From Mobula hypostoma (taxonomy: Eukaryota): 64,000 bases of DNA. The DNA lies in the NCBI RefSeq assembly GCF_963921235.1, contig NC_086108.1, positions 26,598,001 through 26,662,000 on the forward strand. Reading direction: 5' to 3'. Shown one piece after another: positions 1 to 13,570 of this stretch. The translations under genes were made by a program, and so were the position numbers. Within the stretch, counting starts at the first letter, position 1. Every line of letters begins with the position of its first letter. The notes under the pieces are model-generated. The model was not told the DNA's origin. It searched no databases and saw nothing but the letters and a program-made list of their open reading frames with translations.

Positions 1-46
1 TTATTGGCTTTCCTCCATTATGTCCTGTCTAAGTTTAGAGAAAATA

Positions 47-764
47 GCAGGATACTTGGTAGTGTGGGGGAGCAGAGGGATCTTGGGGTACATGTCCACA
101 GATCCCTGAAAGTTGCCTCACAGGTGGATAGGGTAGTTAAGAAAGCTTATGGGGTGTTAGCTTTCATAAGTCGAGGGATAGAGTTTAAGAGTCATGATGT
201 AATGATGCAGCTCTATAAAACTCTGGTTAGGCCACACTTGGAGTACTGTGTCCAGTTCTGGTCACCTCACTATAGGAAGGATGTAGAAGCATTGGAAAGG
301 GTACAAAGGAGATTTACCAGGATGCTGCCTAGTTTAGAAAGTATGCATTATGATCAGAGATTAAGGGAGCTAGGACTTTACTCTTTGGAGAGAAGGAGGA
401 TGAGAGGAGACATGATAGAGGTGTACAAGATAATAAGAGGAATAGATAGAGTGGATAGCCAGCGCCTTTTCCCCAGGGCACCACTGCTCAATACGAGAGG
501 ACATGGCTTTAAGGTAAGGGGTGGGAAGTTCAAGGGGGATATTAGAGGAAGGTTTTTTACTCAGAGAGTGGTTGGTGCGTGGAATGCACTGCCTGAGTCA
601 GTGGTGGAGGCAGATACACTAGTGAAGTTTAAGAGACTACTAGACAGGTATATGGAGGAATCTAAGGTGGGGGCTTATATGGGAGGCAGGGTTTGAGGGT
701 CGGCACAACATTGTGGGCTGAAGGGCCTGTACTGTGCTGTACTATTCTATGTTCTATGTTCTAT
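47..764 (+). mobile_element. CR1 LINE, 5'-truncated 3' fragment inserted into an L1
   Basis: ORF 4-696 contains LYKTLVRPHLEYCVQFWSP and RFFTQRVVGAWNALP (CR1 ORF2 C-terminus). Tail is (ctatgtt)n. Confidence 0.93.
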
Positions 765-765
765 A

Positions 766-1250
766 AGAAGTCAGACACTTGATGCATCCTTTAAATTTGA
801 AGAAGCCTGGTGACCTTTCATTCAATATTTTCATATGGTTTGATTTATTGCTCTTCCAGTTACTTTCTCAAAACTTTGGATTTGATCAGAAAGTTTTTCT
901 TTTTTCTTGCCTTACTCTCAATATGGGCTGCCCAGTCCCCTTCTTTTTCTTTTCTTTTTATTATTTTTCATTTTTGTTTATAGAGAATAGTGTTTTTTTC
1001 TCTATATATAAAATTATAAAAGTTTCTTTCTTTTTTTTCTTTTTATGAAATGATTAGAGGAGAATTGAGTATTTTATTTTTTATTATATACTATTAGATT
1101 AACACTATGTATGATCTTGATAATTTTTTTTACCTTTTATATGTATTGTTATCGATACAGATATCTGAGATAATCCTCCTCTTGTTTGTATATATGTACT
1201 TTTTTAAAATTAATAATAAGATTGATAAAGAAAAGAAAGAAAGAAAAGTA
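766..1250 (+). mobile_element. L1-clade LINE 3' end (ORF2 C-terminus plus 3' UTR); left part is 1-46
   Basis: Joining 1-46 to 766 onward reads YWLSSIMSCLSLEKI|RSQTLDASFKFEEAW*PFIQYFHMV*, followed by a T-rich UTR and an A-rich tail (aaagaaaagaaagaaag). Confidence 0.75.
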
Positions 1251-2265
1251 TTGCTTGCTAGACTGGATCGGCTATGTCATTAACGATTCTCAAGCTGTGC
1301 ACTTCTCTCCTTACAATTTTTCAGCCTCTCTGGCCCACTTTCCACCTTCAGACCACCTTTCAACTTCCTTTTGTTCTGTGTACAGGGCATGGTGTCAATG
1401 ATTGTTTAAATACCCTATTATCTGAGACCATTTCATTGCTGCACCAATACCCCCGTTAGTTGTTGCTGATACTCATAAGGTTTTCACCACCTTATGTTAA
1501 CATTTTATTCATTTAAAGCTTTCATTCTGTTTTTCTGACTCTGGAATCTCAAATGTCCATATTTCTGTCCTGTCTCTTGGCCTCAGTAATAAATATGAGC
1601 TGTGTATCAGTGCTGTAAAACTTTACAATGCTGAGAAACAATTCCTCTTTACCTCCTTTCCATGACCTTCAGCATGAACTGATCTGTTCCCTTGCCAAAA
1701 CAGCAATGCATAGTTAGAGCAATGGCAAGCTTTTGAAACAGTTGTAACATCAATCTCAAATTATCTGGGTAAGACCATAAAACCATATGTAACCCAGGGA
1801 TTAAATCCAAAGATGTAACGTTAGAAAGCTCCACCAGTGGAGGGATGAAGACAAGGTTTACTGATTTTTATAAAAATCATACCAAGCGATTTGTCAGGTT
1901 TTTTTTTGTGTAAGTATTGTGAATTGACTTTCTGTGGCTAATCAACTATTTCATCCAATGAACCAAGAAACAAGATGGCGAGCCACCCAAGATTGAAGAA
2001 CCAGTGCGGGAACAAAATATTAAATGACGTAGAGGATTTAGTACAGTTGAATATATAAGTTTATTTTCATTCGAAGGACCTGAATTTGATTTTCGGCAAG
2101 AACTGATTATTTTTGCAAAGAATTTGGTAAGTTACTGGACGAGACTTACTTTGTTAAAAAGTTGTGATATTGGTGGATTGTCAAGAAAGGAGTTAAGCTG
2201 TAAATATATTGGAATTCTAATATGAATTTGTAGACATATTGACTTGAACTGAAACTGAAGTTAAC

Positions 2266-2355
2266 AACTTAAGTTAAGCCCAAAACGTCGACTGTGCTTC
2301 TTCCTACTGATGCTGTCTGGCCTGCTGTGCTCCACCGGCATTTTGTGTGTGTTGC
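2266..2355 (+). mobile_element. Short Penelope-terminal-repeat-derived insertion with 11-bp flanking direct repeat
   Basis: cccaaaacgtcgac...gatgctgtctggcctgctgtgctccaccggcattttgtgtgtgttg resembles the end of the element at 58450-58550. It is flanked by ctgaagttaac at 2255-2265 and 2356-2366. Confidence 0.65.
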
Positions 2356-2809
2356 CTGAAGTTAACTATCATACTTAACAATGGGAATTCAATTAGTTGT
2401 CTTAACTTACTAGGGATAAATAAAAAGGAAATGTTAGTCTGTAATCTTTAAATAGGGAATAGCACTAGATCTAATTAGTTAGAGAAACAGAAGTAATAAA
2501 GGTTATTCTAATGAATCTCACTGATTCTAACTAAAAAGGAATTTGGTTTTTATTTGACATCTAAAATTTGGAACCTAAACAGAATGTTGGAATTTTGAAT
2601 TGTTCGTATTCATGTAAAATTTTCTTTATGTTGCTAACATTTATAAACAAAACTTACCTCCAGCAGTGTGTCTTTTCTATTCACTGCCTCCTTCTGATAC
2701 GTGGAGTTTCTGATGGTCTACTAGCACCTAGTATATACTATGTAATTTGATTTTCTCATAGAGTGTGGCAGTCAGTCACACAAGATGAGACCAGTGCTAC
2801 ACGTGTGTT

Positions 2810-3330
2810 AAATATAGGAGCAGAATTAGACAGTTTGGCCCATCGAGTCTGCTCCACCATTTCATCATGGTGGAAGCCTGAAGACACTTACCCGACATTT
2901 CAGGAACAGCTTTTCCCCCTCTGCCGTCTGATTTCTAAATGGACATTGTAACACATGATCACTACCTCACTACTTTTTTTATTTCTGTTCTTTGTTGAAC
3001 TACTTATTTTAACTGAAATATTGAGTAGACTTAATATAACTCAACGTTTTCTCTATATTTATTTATCAAGTATTTCATTGCACTGCTGCCATAAAGATAA
3101 CAAATTTCATGATCTATGCTGGTTAAAGCTGTTTCTGATCCCTTTTCCCTCTCAGCCCCAATCTGCTGCCTTCTCCCCATATCCCTTCATACTGTGACCA
3201 ATCAAGAATCTATTAAACTCTGTCTTAAATATACATAAAGACTTGGCCTCCACAGCTGCCTGTGGCAACCATGTCCACAGATTCACCACTAAATAAATGC
3301 ACCATCTCGTCTAGAGTTTGGCATGCTCTT
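2810..3330. mobile_element. Composite of an old CR1 3' tail (- strand) interrupted by a Rex1-type LINE 3' end (+ strand)
   Basis: Similar to CR1 tails at 32313 and 48655, and to the Rex-type 3' ends at 45590-45840. Confidence 0.55.
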
Positions 3331-3982
3331 CACCACCCTCTCTGCCATCCCACATGCCCTGCCTTTACAGTATGTGGCCAAGTACAAGGACTTTTATTTT
3401 TCTGTTGCTTCCCTGTCCTGTTGTCAAGAGATGCTTTGCAGTAATGCAATCACCCAGAATTTTACACTAAGGAAAACACTGGGACTGGATGATCACATGC
3501 TTTGTTATAGAACTAGGTCGTAAGATGCATCTTAAAAAAGGAAAGAGAGGTATTAAGACAGAGGTTTAGAGCAAAGAGCTTTGACAGTTGAAAGCGTGAC
3601 CAGCAAGGTGATATAAGCGAACTAATCAAAAGGCAAGTTTGAAGAGATTTCAGTGGATTTTAAGCTGGAAGTGCTTAAGTGATGGAGATGTCAACTCTCA
3701 ACTTGCCATTTTAACACTTCTATATTAGCACAAGCCTCGTCAAACAATACGTGCAATTACATATGCACAAGTGCATCATTTTTGAACTGAGAGACAGGAG
3801 TCCAGGAATCAAACTGATCTAATATACTGTAAGAACATCACATGTCTTCTTGTGCATGTTGAAAAAAAGATGGCAGGCATCTACAGCAAGTAGGCACATT
3901 GACGGTTGTGCCTGATTAAACTAAGCCACACAGAGGTTCTTACTGGGAAATATTAATGTTTTTATTCAGAGCAAACCTTCAG

Positions 3983-4017
<35 letters not shown>

Positions 4018-4060
4018 CGAGAGAGAGAGGGTGGCGGGGGGGGGGGGGTAAGAGAGAGAG
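3983..4060. repeat. (GA)n microsatellite with adjacent poly-G run
   Basis: Directly visible. Confidence 0.95.
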
Positions 4061-4674
4061 TCCATGAGGATGCAAGGGAATCTCATTCCCCTGACATGAC
4101 GTTTAATACTCCTTCAACACAAAGATACCAATAAGTGCCTAATAACAGTTTCAATTGCTACAGTCACTTATTTCACATTTTGAATATACTCAGGTAAATT
4201 TACAGAATTACATAATTACAATTGTAACACATCCTAACTTGCAGAACCTCTTTCAATATTCAATTCTGTGTTTGTTGCAAAAGCCACTGAGTACAAACTG
4301 CAGACACCCAGTCTTGTGTTACAATGTTGAAGGAGAGCTCCACGAATATACGACAAACCAGAAGGTGGAGTCACAAAACAGACCTGTCCTGAACCGTGCA
4401 TTAAGTGACAGGGATACCTCTTTAAATTTCAACGTATTTAACAATGTATTAATAGCAGGAATGTTAATCTATTGTCTTTCCCCATGTAGGTTCAATGGCA
4501 GAGAATCACAATTTCCCAAACCTATATGTTTGGTTACACTAGCAACAAAGTATCAGTTGGAAGTTAAATTTCATGCAGGTTTATTTGCTGAAGACTGGTT
4601 CTCATTTTAGTTATTCCATGATTACGCTATCCATATGATCACTATCAGGCTGTTATTTTCAAAAGGTTGGAATT

Positions 4675-5130
4675 TAGAAATAGAAACATTTTATTACAAT
4701 TATACCAGGATATTGGTGAGGTCAGATCTGGATTACTCGCCCTCTTGCCTAAGAAATGATATAGTTATATTGGAGGTGATCCAAAATTGATTTTCAGTAT
4801 GCTTATTCCTGAGATGAAAGGATTGTCCTGCTTAGAGACACTAGACAGATTTCTCTGGATCCTCTGAACTTTAGAAGAATGAGGGGGTGTACGCTGAAAA
4901 TATGAATCTGGAGGGTGGGGTCATGACAGAGCAGATGATGAGATGTTTTCATGTTAAAGTCTGGAACTTAGGGATATAGTTTCGTGATAAGGAGCTGGTC
5001 AATAAAACTGAGGAGGGTGCAGATGGAGGTAAATCTCTGAAATTCTCTGTCCCAGAAGCTGGATCATTAGAAGTATTTAAGGTGGAGGTAGACACATCTT
5101 TGAAAGATCAGGTAATTGAAGGCTTTAGGG
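4675..5130 (+). mobile_element. Degraded CR1 ORF2 3' fragment
   Basis: Decayed equivalents of LYxxLVRxxL and tttagaagaatgaggggg. Confidence 0.6.
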
Positions 5131-5989
5131 ACCAATCTTTGTGTCTATGATTCTCATCATAATCACTACCAAAGTCCTGTGAGGAATATAGAGATGTTGG
5201 TGGCCAACTCAAGTGAGGTAAGAGCATCTAATATTTGGTTAAGAGCTTTAGCTAGAACACAATATGATATGTTCTTTTTTGACTATATATTACATTGAGT
5301 ATAATTCAGTCTGCATTGGTTACAAAATGCAGGCATCACTCAGTGGGTCAGGCAGCATCTATAGAAAGGTCTTCGAGCTGAAACATTAACTATTTTTCTC
5401 TTCACACAGAAGTTGCTTTACCTGCTGAGTGTTTTCAGTATTTTTTGTTTTTATAGTGTTTCTTTGCCCTTATCTGTATATCTTCACATCATTTTCTGTA
5501 CTTGGCCCCAACTTTCTTATTTTATGTATCCTTTCCATCCTGTATCTCAATGCCACAGCTTCTTATGACTCAATCTCCCTGCCAGACTTCACTTCCCAAA
5601 TGCCTTCTGCTTCACTTTAGTCTTCTCTCTCACTTTCTCGAAATGCTTGTTCCTTTACACTTTGATGTTGCTCTCAAATCTATACCACTTCTACTGTGAT
5701 GCACTATGATGCAGTCTCTATGTGTAGACATTTTGATACGTGACATATAGCCTAAGATCAATGGTTCTGTACACTCATGGAGCTTTGCCTTGTCCGGGTA
5801 TACCTTTTCACTCTTCTATCACACTCCTTCCCTCCCGCCAAAACTAACCTCATCACCCCAAATACCTTTCTGCCTTCAGATCACAAGCAAGTCTCCTTAG
5901 CAATTTTGTAAAACAAAATAAACTTCAGCGACACACATTAAAGACTAAAAATATTTAGAAGAATAAATCGTGCCATGCCTTTCCGTGAT

Positions 5990-7655
5990 TTACATTCAAG
6001 GTCAATGCTTTCCATACTGTTCTATTACATTCCTACATATCAAGCAATCAATAACGCTGCTGCCACACATGTGGCTCCCTGCTGTGGTATCCTATTACAA
6101 TAATTGAGGAACTTCCTCCCCCAGTCTGGCAACTCCTTCTACAGTAGGTGGAGAACTCTATACCGTGGACCTTCCCCGCCGATGCTTTGCGGTGGCTGCA
6201 CCGAGCTTCAGTGCATCCCTCAGCATGCCCTCTTGCGGCCTGGAATGTGTCACTTGGCGGCATTCCTCCACGGACATCTCGATGTGGTAGCAGACCAACA
6301 ACTTTCAGACAGACCAAAGAGCATCTTTTACTGAGTTGATGATCTGCCAGCAGAACGTGATGTTTGTCTCCCTGTGTGTCCCTGGGGAGAGCTCGTGACT
6401 GCTTGGGATGAGTGCGACACAAGCCCTTGCGTTTTTCTCCACACCCCCTTTGCAAATCCACAGTTCACAAAGAGGTGAGCTGCTCTCTATTCCTCATTAC
6501 AGTCAATCCCTGGACAGTGCACAGTGAGAGTGATGCACCCAGACAAGGTATTGGTACTTCCTGGTGAGGCCTGGTGATGAGGCATTCTGCCAGACGGACT
6601 GTCTGCTCAGGGAACCACCCTACTGGGTACATCGCATCATTCTTCAACAGTGTCTCCAGGATTTGTTGTGTTCACCATTGCTTGATGGACTTGTAGTCAA
6701 AGGTTTTAATCTGGAAGAACTTTTCCAGACCAACACCTGGTAGTGTGGCAACGCACAGCTGACTGGGACATTATGCAGCAGTTGTGCCAGACCTGTCCTT
6801 TGCAACACTGGGGACAGACAGAACCTTGGTACGTGGTACTTGGTGCCATGTATTTAGGTTCACACACAGCCTGATGTAGCCATGCACGAAGTTGATTATC
6901 GGGATGAGGGCAGCATTGGGTCCATTTTTGCCATCATTGTCCAGGAACTTGTGCATTGTGACTTGTCTGACCCACTCCATCCTGGATCCCCCGATGAAGT
7001 TGAAGACAGCATGGGTGATTCCCAAGCTGGAAGAGTTGGTGGTGGGCTGCACCTGCACCAAGTGCCCCAGCCCCGAGCACCTCACACCTGATGATCAGAT
7101 TCTTCCCAGTTATTGATAGGGAGTGCCCTCCCCATAATCCCAATTGTTCGGCCCAGTTATTGAAGAACATGGCATTGCTCTTTGTATGGTTAACTCTGGC
7201 CTCTGATGCCAGCTCAAACTGGTTATAAATGTTGATCAATCTGCCAACTGACCTCAGATCTGAGCAGAAGACAATGAATTCAAACATGCTCAGGGACATT
7301 TTCACTTGGGTTTCTCCACTGCCTGGCAGCATCACCCCTCTTATGTTTTGGCCTTTCCTGATGGTTTCAGCAAAGGGTTCGATACAACACACGAACAAGA
7401 CAGGGGAGAGTGGGCAGACATGTTGGGGAAACTATTTGTTTCCCACCCATTGATTACAGATGTCCGTGTTGAGCAATTGGATCCAATTCCTGACTCCATC
7501 CCCAAATCCTATCTTGGAGAATACGTTCATCTTTTACGTGTGTGATATCCTGTCAAGGGCTTTCTCCTGGTCCAGGATGACCAGGGAGGTATCCACCCCC
7601 ATGTCTTGCATGTAGGCAATGAGTAGCACAAGGCTGTCAAAGATCTTCCTCTCCT
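5990..7655 (-). mobile_element. Tx1-like (L1 group) LINE ORF2 remnant
   Basis: - strand translations LFVCCIEPFAETIRKGQNIRGVMLPGSGETQVKMSL, QFELASEARVNHTKS and PNAALIPIINFVHGYIRLCV, with frameshifts. Confidence 0.8.
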
Positions 7656-8624
7656 GGTTATTATTCTATTATAGATTTATTGAGTATGCCTGCAAGAAAA
7701 TGAATTTCAGGGTTGTATATGTACATGTACCTTGATAGTAAATTTACTTTGAACTTTAAGAATGATTCCTACATTATAGAACATTATTTTTCTGCCGCTG
7801 CATTTATACTTTTATCTTGGGGTGGCACAGTAGCGCAGTAGACAGCACATTCACTACAGAGCCAGTGCTCACCGATTGGGGTTTATTCCGTATATTCTCC
7901 CCATGACCTCATGGGTTTTGTACCTATCTCTTTGCGTGTGAAGTGGGAAGTACACAATTCAGCAGTAAGCCAAACCCCACTCAAGCGAACACCAGATTCA
8001 GGGTATTGCATCCAAGCTCCAGGTGCTTTGTCTGGGCAGCACACACACATTCAATGGAATAAGGGTGAAATGGAGAAAGAACCAGAAAAGTAACATAAGC
8101 ACTTAATGCAACAAACTTAGGATGATTAAGTCACACATTCATAAAAAAAATAAGAAACATAAGAAGCTAGATTTAAATGTAAAATATCCAAAATTATGCA
8201 GAACATGAGCTGCTAAATTTTCAAGTGTGCGAGAAGATTAATATCATCTAAGCATTCATTTAATTACCAGGGCTGGTTGAACACTATACAGATAATTGGG
8301 AATAAAGTTTTACATAATCTTAACACAAAATATTGCTCAGTATTGCTCAGGTAGCATTCTCCTTTATGATCTAATCCAAACTTTACAGACGATTATTTTT
8401 GATGGCTCAGTCAGAGGAAAGGCAAAACAGGATTGTGTAAATATGTTTCAGTCTGACTGAAAACCCCCACCAAAAAAAATGGCTGCTCTCCTTATATAAT
8501 CCATTTAAATAGATTTTAATTTTAAATTAAAATTCCATTTAAATTTGATGGCAGTGCCATCAGAATTGAAGTCAGCAGAACAATCAGAATAAAGGTTACC
8601 AGGGCTATATTTCAAAATCTGACA

Positions 8625-8750
8625 GGTTTCCTCTGGGTGCTTTGGTTCCCTCTGGGTGCTCTGGTTCCCTCTGAGTGCTCTGGTTTCCTCTAGGTACTCT
8701 AGTTTCCTCCAGGTGCTTTGGTTTCCTCCAGGTGCTCTGGTTCCCTCCCA
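8625..8750 (+). repeat. 19-bp minisatellite (about 6 copies) expanded inside a SINE
   Basis: Unit ggtgctctggtt(t/c)cctc(t/c)(a/g), running into cccacattccaaggac of the SINE body. Confidence 0.85.
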
Positions 8751-9639
8751 CATTCCAAGGACATATGGGTTAGGGTGTAAGTTGCTGCTGGTGACAGAAG
8801 TGTGCTGACCCTTGTGGGATGCCCCCAGGTTTACACAAATTGAAGCTTTTCACTGTATGCGTTGATGTTGTAATATACATCTGACAAATAAAACTACTTT
8901 TTTAATCCTTTTAAATATTTCTCTGCTGATATAGTAATTTCTTGAACAGTCAATGGCTCCCTGATGTTCATATATCTCTTTCAGACATTCAACTATTCCA
9001 TTACCATTTGCTTCCTGCTATCTGTCTCGCTTCCAGTTATCTCCATTTTCCATATATCCAACATTTCTCTGCCTGTCTGTCTTTCTCACAACTCTCATCT
9101 CCAGCACCACCCACCACCCCCCCTCAGCTATATAGATAATGAGACAAAATGCGACAGACTGTAGATGGGATCTATTTCTTTCTATGTCCAGCTTCAGCAT
9201 ACAGGGGCTGGATGTTTTCCATGGCCAAAGGATCATAGAACCTGCAAAAGCTCTTTGAATGGTGGAAGATAGATAATTTTCAAAAGCTGGTTTCCATCGG
9301 CAGCTGAGTTTGAAAAGATGTAGGCTGAGATTTGGCAGTTGCAAACGTGATTTTGCATCATACATCTAGCGATGTTTGCAGATTATGATATTTTTCTCTA
9401 ATCACATAAGGGTTTCTTATGTTGTTCCGTTCCCAGACCTCATCATGCATTCCACCACACCCTCCCCCCGACACTTTTCCTGGTTGAATCCATCTACTAT
9501 CTACACATTTCATTGACCATGTACCCCCCTTCCCCTATGTGATTCCATCTGACCTCTAGATCTCACCTAATTGTTCTCATTATCACCTTCATTACTTATC
9601 AGATCCCAGGAGTGCTACCTCTACAATCTTATTGGACAT

Positions 9640-9780
9640 CAGATCCTGATGAAGGGTCTTGGTCCAAAGTATTGACTTTATTTTTCTCCATAGATACTGC
9701 TTGACTTGTTGAGTTCCTTCAGCTGTTTATGCTCATTTTTCTAGATTTACAGCATCTGCAGAATCTTTTGTGTTTACTTT
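9640..9780 (+). mobile_element. Penelope-like terminal repeat fragment
   Basis: cctgatgaagggtcttggtccaaa...catagatactgcttgacttgttgagttcc...agcatctgcagaatct. Confidence 0.6.
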
Positions 9781-10044
9781 GACCATAAATTTATTTTGAC
9801 TTTGCGACTTATCTCATCCCTCCCTTGCTCATCTTTATAAAGGCTCTCTCACCTTTCTACTCTGTTTTGCTGCAGCATTTCAACCCTTCCCCCCTCACAG
9901 GTGCTGCTTGATCTCCTAAATTCTTCCAGCCGATTGTTTATTGCTCCAAGTTCCAGTATGTGCTGTCGCTTTTTTCTCTTTTTTGGGTACATTGTTGGTC
10001 CTGCTGCAATTATTCAAGCAATTCTGATGTGGTCCCTCACACAG

Positions 10045-10267
10045 ATGAGTTCAAGACCTTTCTGAAGAAGCTGCCGACTGAGTATTTCCTGAACAGCTCC
10101 ACCATCCTTCAGCTCTGGACAATGGACTTCAGTCTCCAGCACCGCTATGAGCAACTGGAGGCCACTCTGAAGGTGCTCTTCAGCAAGGCACAGAAGACTG
10201 TCCGAAAGCTCTTCAGCCTAAGTAAGCGCTGCCAGAAACAACCGAAATTCGTCCTCCCCAGAGAAAG
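10045..10267 (+). CDS. BRINP2: BRINP2/BRINP3-type gene, penultimate coding exon (223 bp)
   Basis: Translates as (D)EFKTFLKKLPTEYFLNSSTILQLWTMDFSLQHRYEQLEATLKVLFSKAQKTVRKLFSLSKRCQKQPKFVLPRE(R), which is recognisably BRINP family. Acceptor cacacag|AT (phase 1) and donor AG|gtacat (phase 2) match the phase of the terminal exon. Paralog identity (2 vs 3) is uncertain. Confidence 0.9.
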
Positions 10268-10959
10268 GTACATGATATTCACACCCAGCAAACTGTAGTA
10301 ACTAAATAACTTTGCCTCCATTATTGACTCGCTATGAGGTTTGAAGGATAAGACTTGACTTTGCCACATAATATAAGGTTGGAAAAATAGATGATTTGGC
10401 TTAGAAATGAATAGTTGGTACCAGGTAACAGATCTTATAATTATTCCATAAAATAATCAATTGAAAGGTATTTATTTGCATTCATAGGAACTAGACAACC
10501 TGTAATGAATATTCTCCATTAACAACTACAGTATTAATGGTATTATACTGCAATATACATAGTATTAACTAATAATTATTCATATATGAAACTTGAAAGT
10601 AAACAAAATCCTTGAAAATTTATTGTATCTTTTATTTTGAACAAGAGGGGAGAGGTTTGCCAAACCTTGTAATGTTTTGAAATTTATATTTTAACTGATA
10701 TCTTTTTGTACATTTTGTTCATTCTGACTGCATGAAAATACACGTGTTTCAATATATTTCCTCATTCAATCCTTTGCTTACAGTTTTGAGGGTATACTGC
10801 CTCATCCCTTACCTCTGATGATTTTCTAATGCACCCAATCTCTGGCAATTGCATTTTCACAGCTGGACCCAAAAATACTGTATATTGCTTTGTTGAATCA
10901 CTTTTCAACTAGCTTTTGTTTGTGCAACTTTGAACTGAATTCTACTCTGCAGGGCTGGT

Positions 10960-12170
10960 TGCAGAAGTAGTTAGTGGAATTCATTCCGGAGAAGTTCAAG
11001 GTAATGCACTTGAGGGAATAGACTATAAATGATAGATGTTATAAAGAATACTTCCAGTACATCTTTGAAGGTAGCGAGAGTGATAGGTAAGGTGATTAAA
11101 GAAGACACATGGGACTTGGCCAAATGAAGAAGTTATGCTGGAGATTATAAAACAATTGTTAGGCACTATCTAAAGTGTCAGGTGTGATCTGGTCATGACA
11201 CTAGAGGAAGAAACTGCAAAAGTTGCAGAGATGCAGAGGAGATTCATTTAGATATGGGAGAAATGGAGTTATGAGGACTGGAGTTGTTGTCTTTTGCACA
11301 CAAGAAGCTGAGGGGAGAATTAACTTAAGTGTGTTAAGTTACTGGAGGCAAGATGGACTGAACTGGAAATATCTATTTCTTTTAGGAGAGAAAACAATAA
11401 CAAAGTGGCAGAGTTTTAAATTCACTGACAGATGGATTAGGAGGGATTGAGGATTTAATAATTTGCATCCAGATATTATTGCCTGAAAGGAAAGCTCTCC
11501 CAACATTTAAATTCAGGAATTGCCACAACAAGCTAAGTTTTAAACTAAGATCTAAGATATGGCATAAAGCTATTTTTGTCCAATTCTGCCCTCCCCACAA
11601 CATTGCATAACAGTTATTTGAATATCACTAGACAGGCAAAACAAGCTCCAGTGAGTGGTATAGTCAAAGGGTGCTTTTGTGTTCCCATATAACTACACTA
11701 CCACCAAAGGTTCCTTGACTAGAGTTTTTTTTTAACTATCTTCCTGATGAAAGCTTACTTAATGGAAAGAATGAAATGTCACACAGGATCATTGTTAAAG
11801 ATCAGAAGTCACCTCCTATCCTCCTCTGCTCCATAGAGAAAAGCCCTAGCTCACCCACCCTTTCCTCACAAAACATACTCTCTTAATCAGGCAGTACAGA
11901 AACAGGCTCTTCAATCTACCACGTCCACATTGACAATCAATGAACCCGAGGGGTAACTTTCCCATCCAGACTGTGGTCAATATATGGAATGAGCTGCTGA
12001 GGAAATGGACAAGGCAGGTACATTGACAACGTTTGAAAGGTGCTTGAAAAAGTACATGGATAGGAGCAATTAGAGGGACATGGATCAAGTATGAACAAAT
12101 GGGGTTAACTTAAATGGAATCCTGTTCAGTATTGATCAGTTGAGCTAAGGGTCTGTTTCTGTGCTTTATG
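10960..12170. mobile_element. Cluster of old CR1 fragments
   Basis: Decayed CR1 ORF2 and tail motifs, e.g. gaggggtaactttcccatccagactgtggtcaatatatggaatgagctgc. Confidence 0.55.
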
Positions 12171-12549
12171 ATTCACACTAATCCCATAAAAATCTCATTT
12201 TTATTTATTCTACATGCATTTCTCTTTTGTAATATTACCAGCAGTTCTGAGCAATATTCCAAGTGGTCTAAACCTGGTGATAATTTGTCTACAAGAACGT
12301 CTACAGAAGCCTGTTCTCAAGTCTTTCTTTGGGAATTAGTAGCAGGGATTGAAGGAACACATGACAGCCATGTCCTGCGTCCTTCATAGTACTTGCATTG
12401 GGAAGAGCCATCATGTTCAGAATTGAAACACAGTCCACCACCAATTTCCATTTGTGAGTCAGGAAGTGAACCTTAAGTCACAAAGATACATGGCACAGAA
12501 GCATTCCTTTTAGCCTGCTGAATTCATACTAATCATAAATAACCCATTT

Positions 12550-13570
12550 TATATTCTCTCCTGATTCCCATCCTCTCCCCCTTGAATTCTGTCACACACC
12601 TACCCACTAGGGGCAATTTACAGTGATCAAATGCAGTGACTTATCAACCTGCTCTTCTTTGGGGTGTTGGATGAAACAGGGACACCAGTAGGAGGATGTG
12701 CAATAATAGAAAACTCTGTAATCCCCCCACCCCCACAGGCAACATCTGAACCCAGGTGTCTAGCGCTGTAGGGCAGTGCCTTTGCTGGTTTGCCACTCAA
12801 TCAAAGCTATTAAAAAAAGGTTTGTCAGTGGCACACACCAGACACCTGAGCTTGATCCTGACCATCAGTGCAGTCTATGTTGTGTTTGCAGATCCTCCCT
12901 GTGATTCTGTGGGTTTCATCCAAAATGATGTTTTCTCCAGAATGTTCCCATTTCCTCTCATGTCCCAAAGATATGCAGGTAGGTCGATTAACCGGCCACT
13001 GTCCTAAAGAGGTCAAAATCTGTCTTCTCCAAACTTCACCTTACATGAACCTAACCATTCCCACTACTGCCTGTAAGGAGTTTGTGCATTCTTCCAGTGA
13101 CGATGCGGGTTTGCTTCGAATACTCCAGTTTCCTCCCACAGTCCAAAAACCTACCAATAGGTCAGTTGGTCATTGTAAATTGCCCTATTGTTTTGCTAGG
13201 GTTAAATCAGGGGTTGCTGAGTGTTGTGGCTCGAAAGGCCAGAAGGCCTAATTCCGCACTGTATCTCAATAAATAAATAGGGAAGCAAGATTGCATAGTG
13301 GTTGGCAACCATCCTTTTACAGTACAGATGACCCAGATTCAATTCCCACCGCTACCTGTAAGGAGTTTGTACGTTCTCCGCGTGACCGCATGGGTTTTCT
13401 CCAGGTGTTCTGGCTTCCTCCGACAGTCCGAAGATGTACTGGTTGGTAGGTTATTTGGTCCTTGTAAATTGTCTCAGGTTTAGGCTAGGATTAAATCAGG
13501 GGATTCCAGGGCAGGGTGGCTCAATGAACTGGAAGGGTCCATTCCATGTTGTTTCTCAATAAACAGTAAA
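12550..13570. mobile_element. Cluster of 3-4 V-SINE/HE1-like SINE copies
   Basis: Repeated core ttcaattccc...ctgtaaggagtttgtacgttctcc...gggttttctccaggtg...ggtaggttaattggtcattgtaaattg, with aataaataaa tails. Confidence 0.75.

Noticed and set aside
4155-4610. 151-aa ORF as an additional exon or gene
   Set aside because: No recognisable similarity, non-ATG start, AT-rich intronic composition.
9960-10298. Standalone 112-aa ORF with signal-peptide-like start
   Set aside because: Only 10045-10267 is BRINP-like and bounded by splice sites; the flanks are intron read-through.
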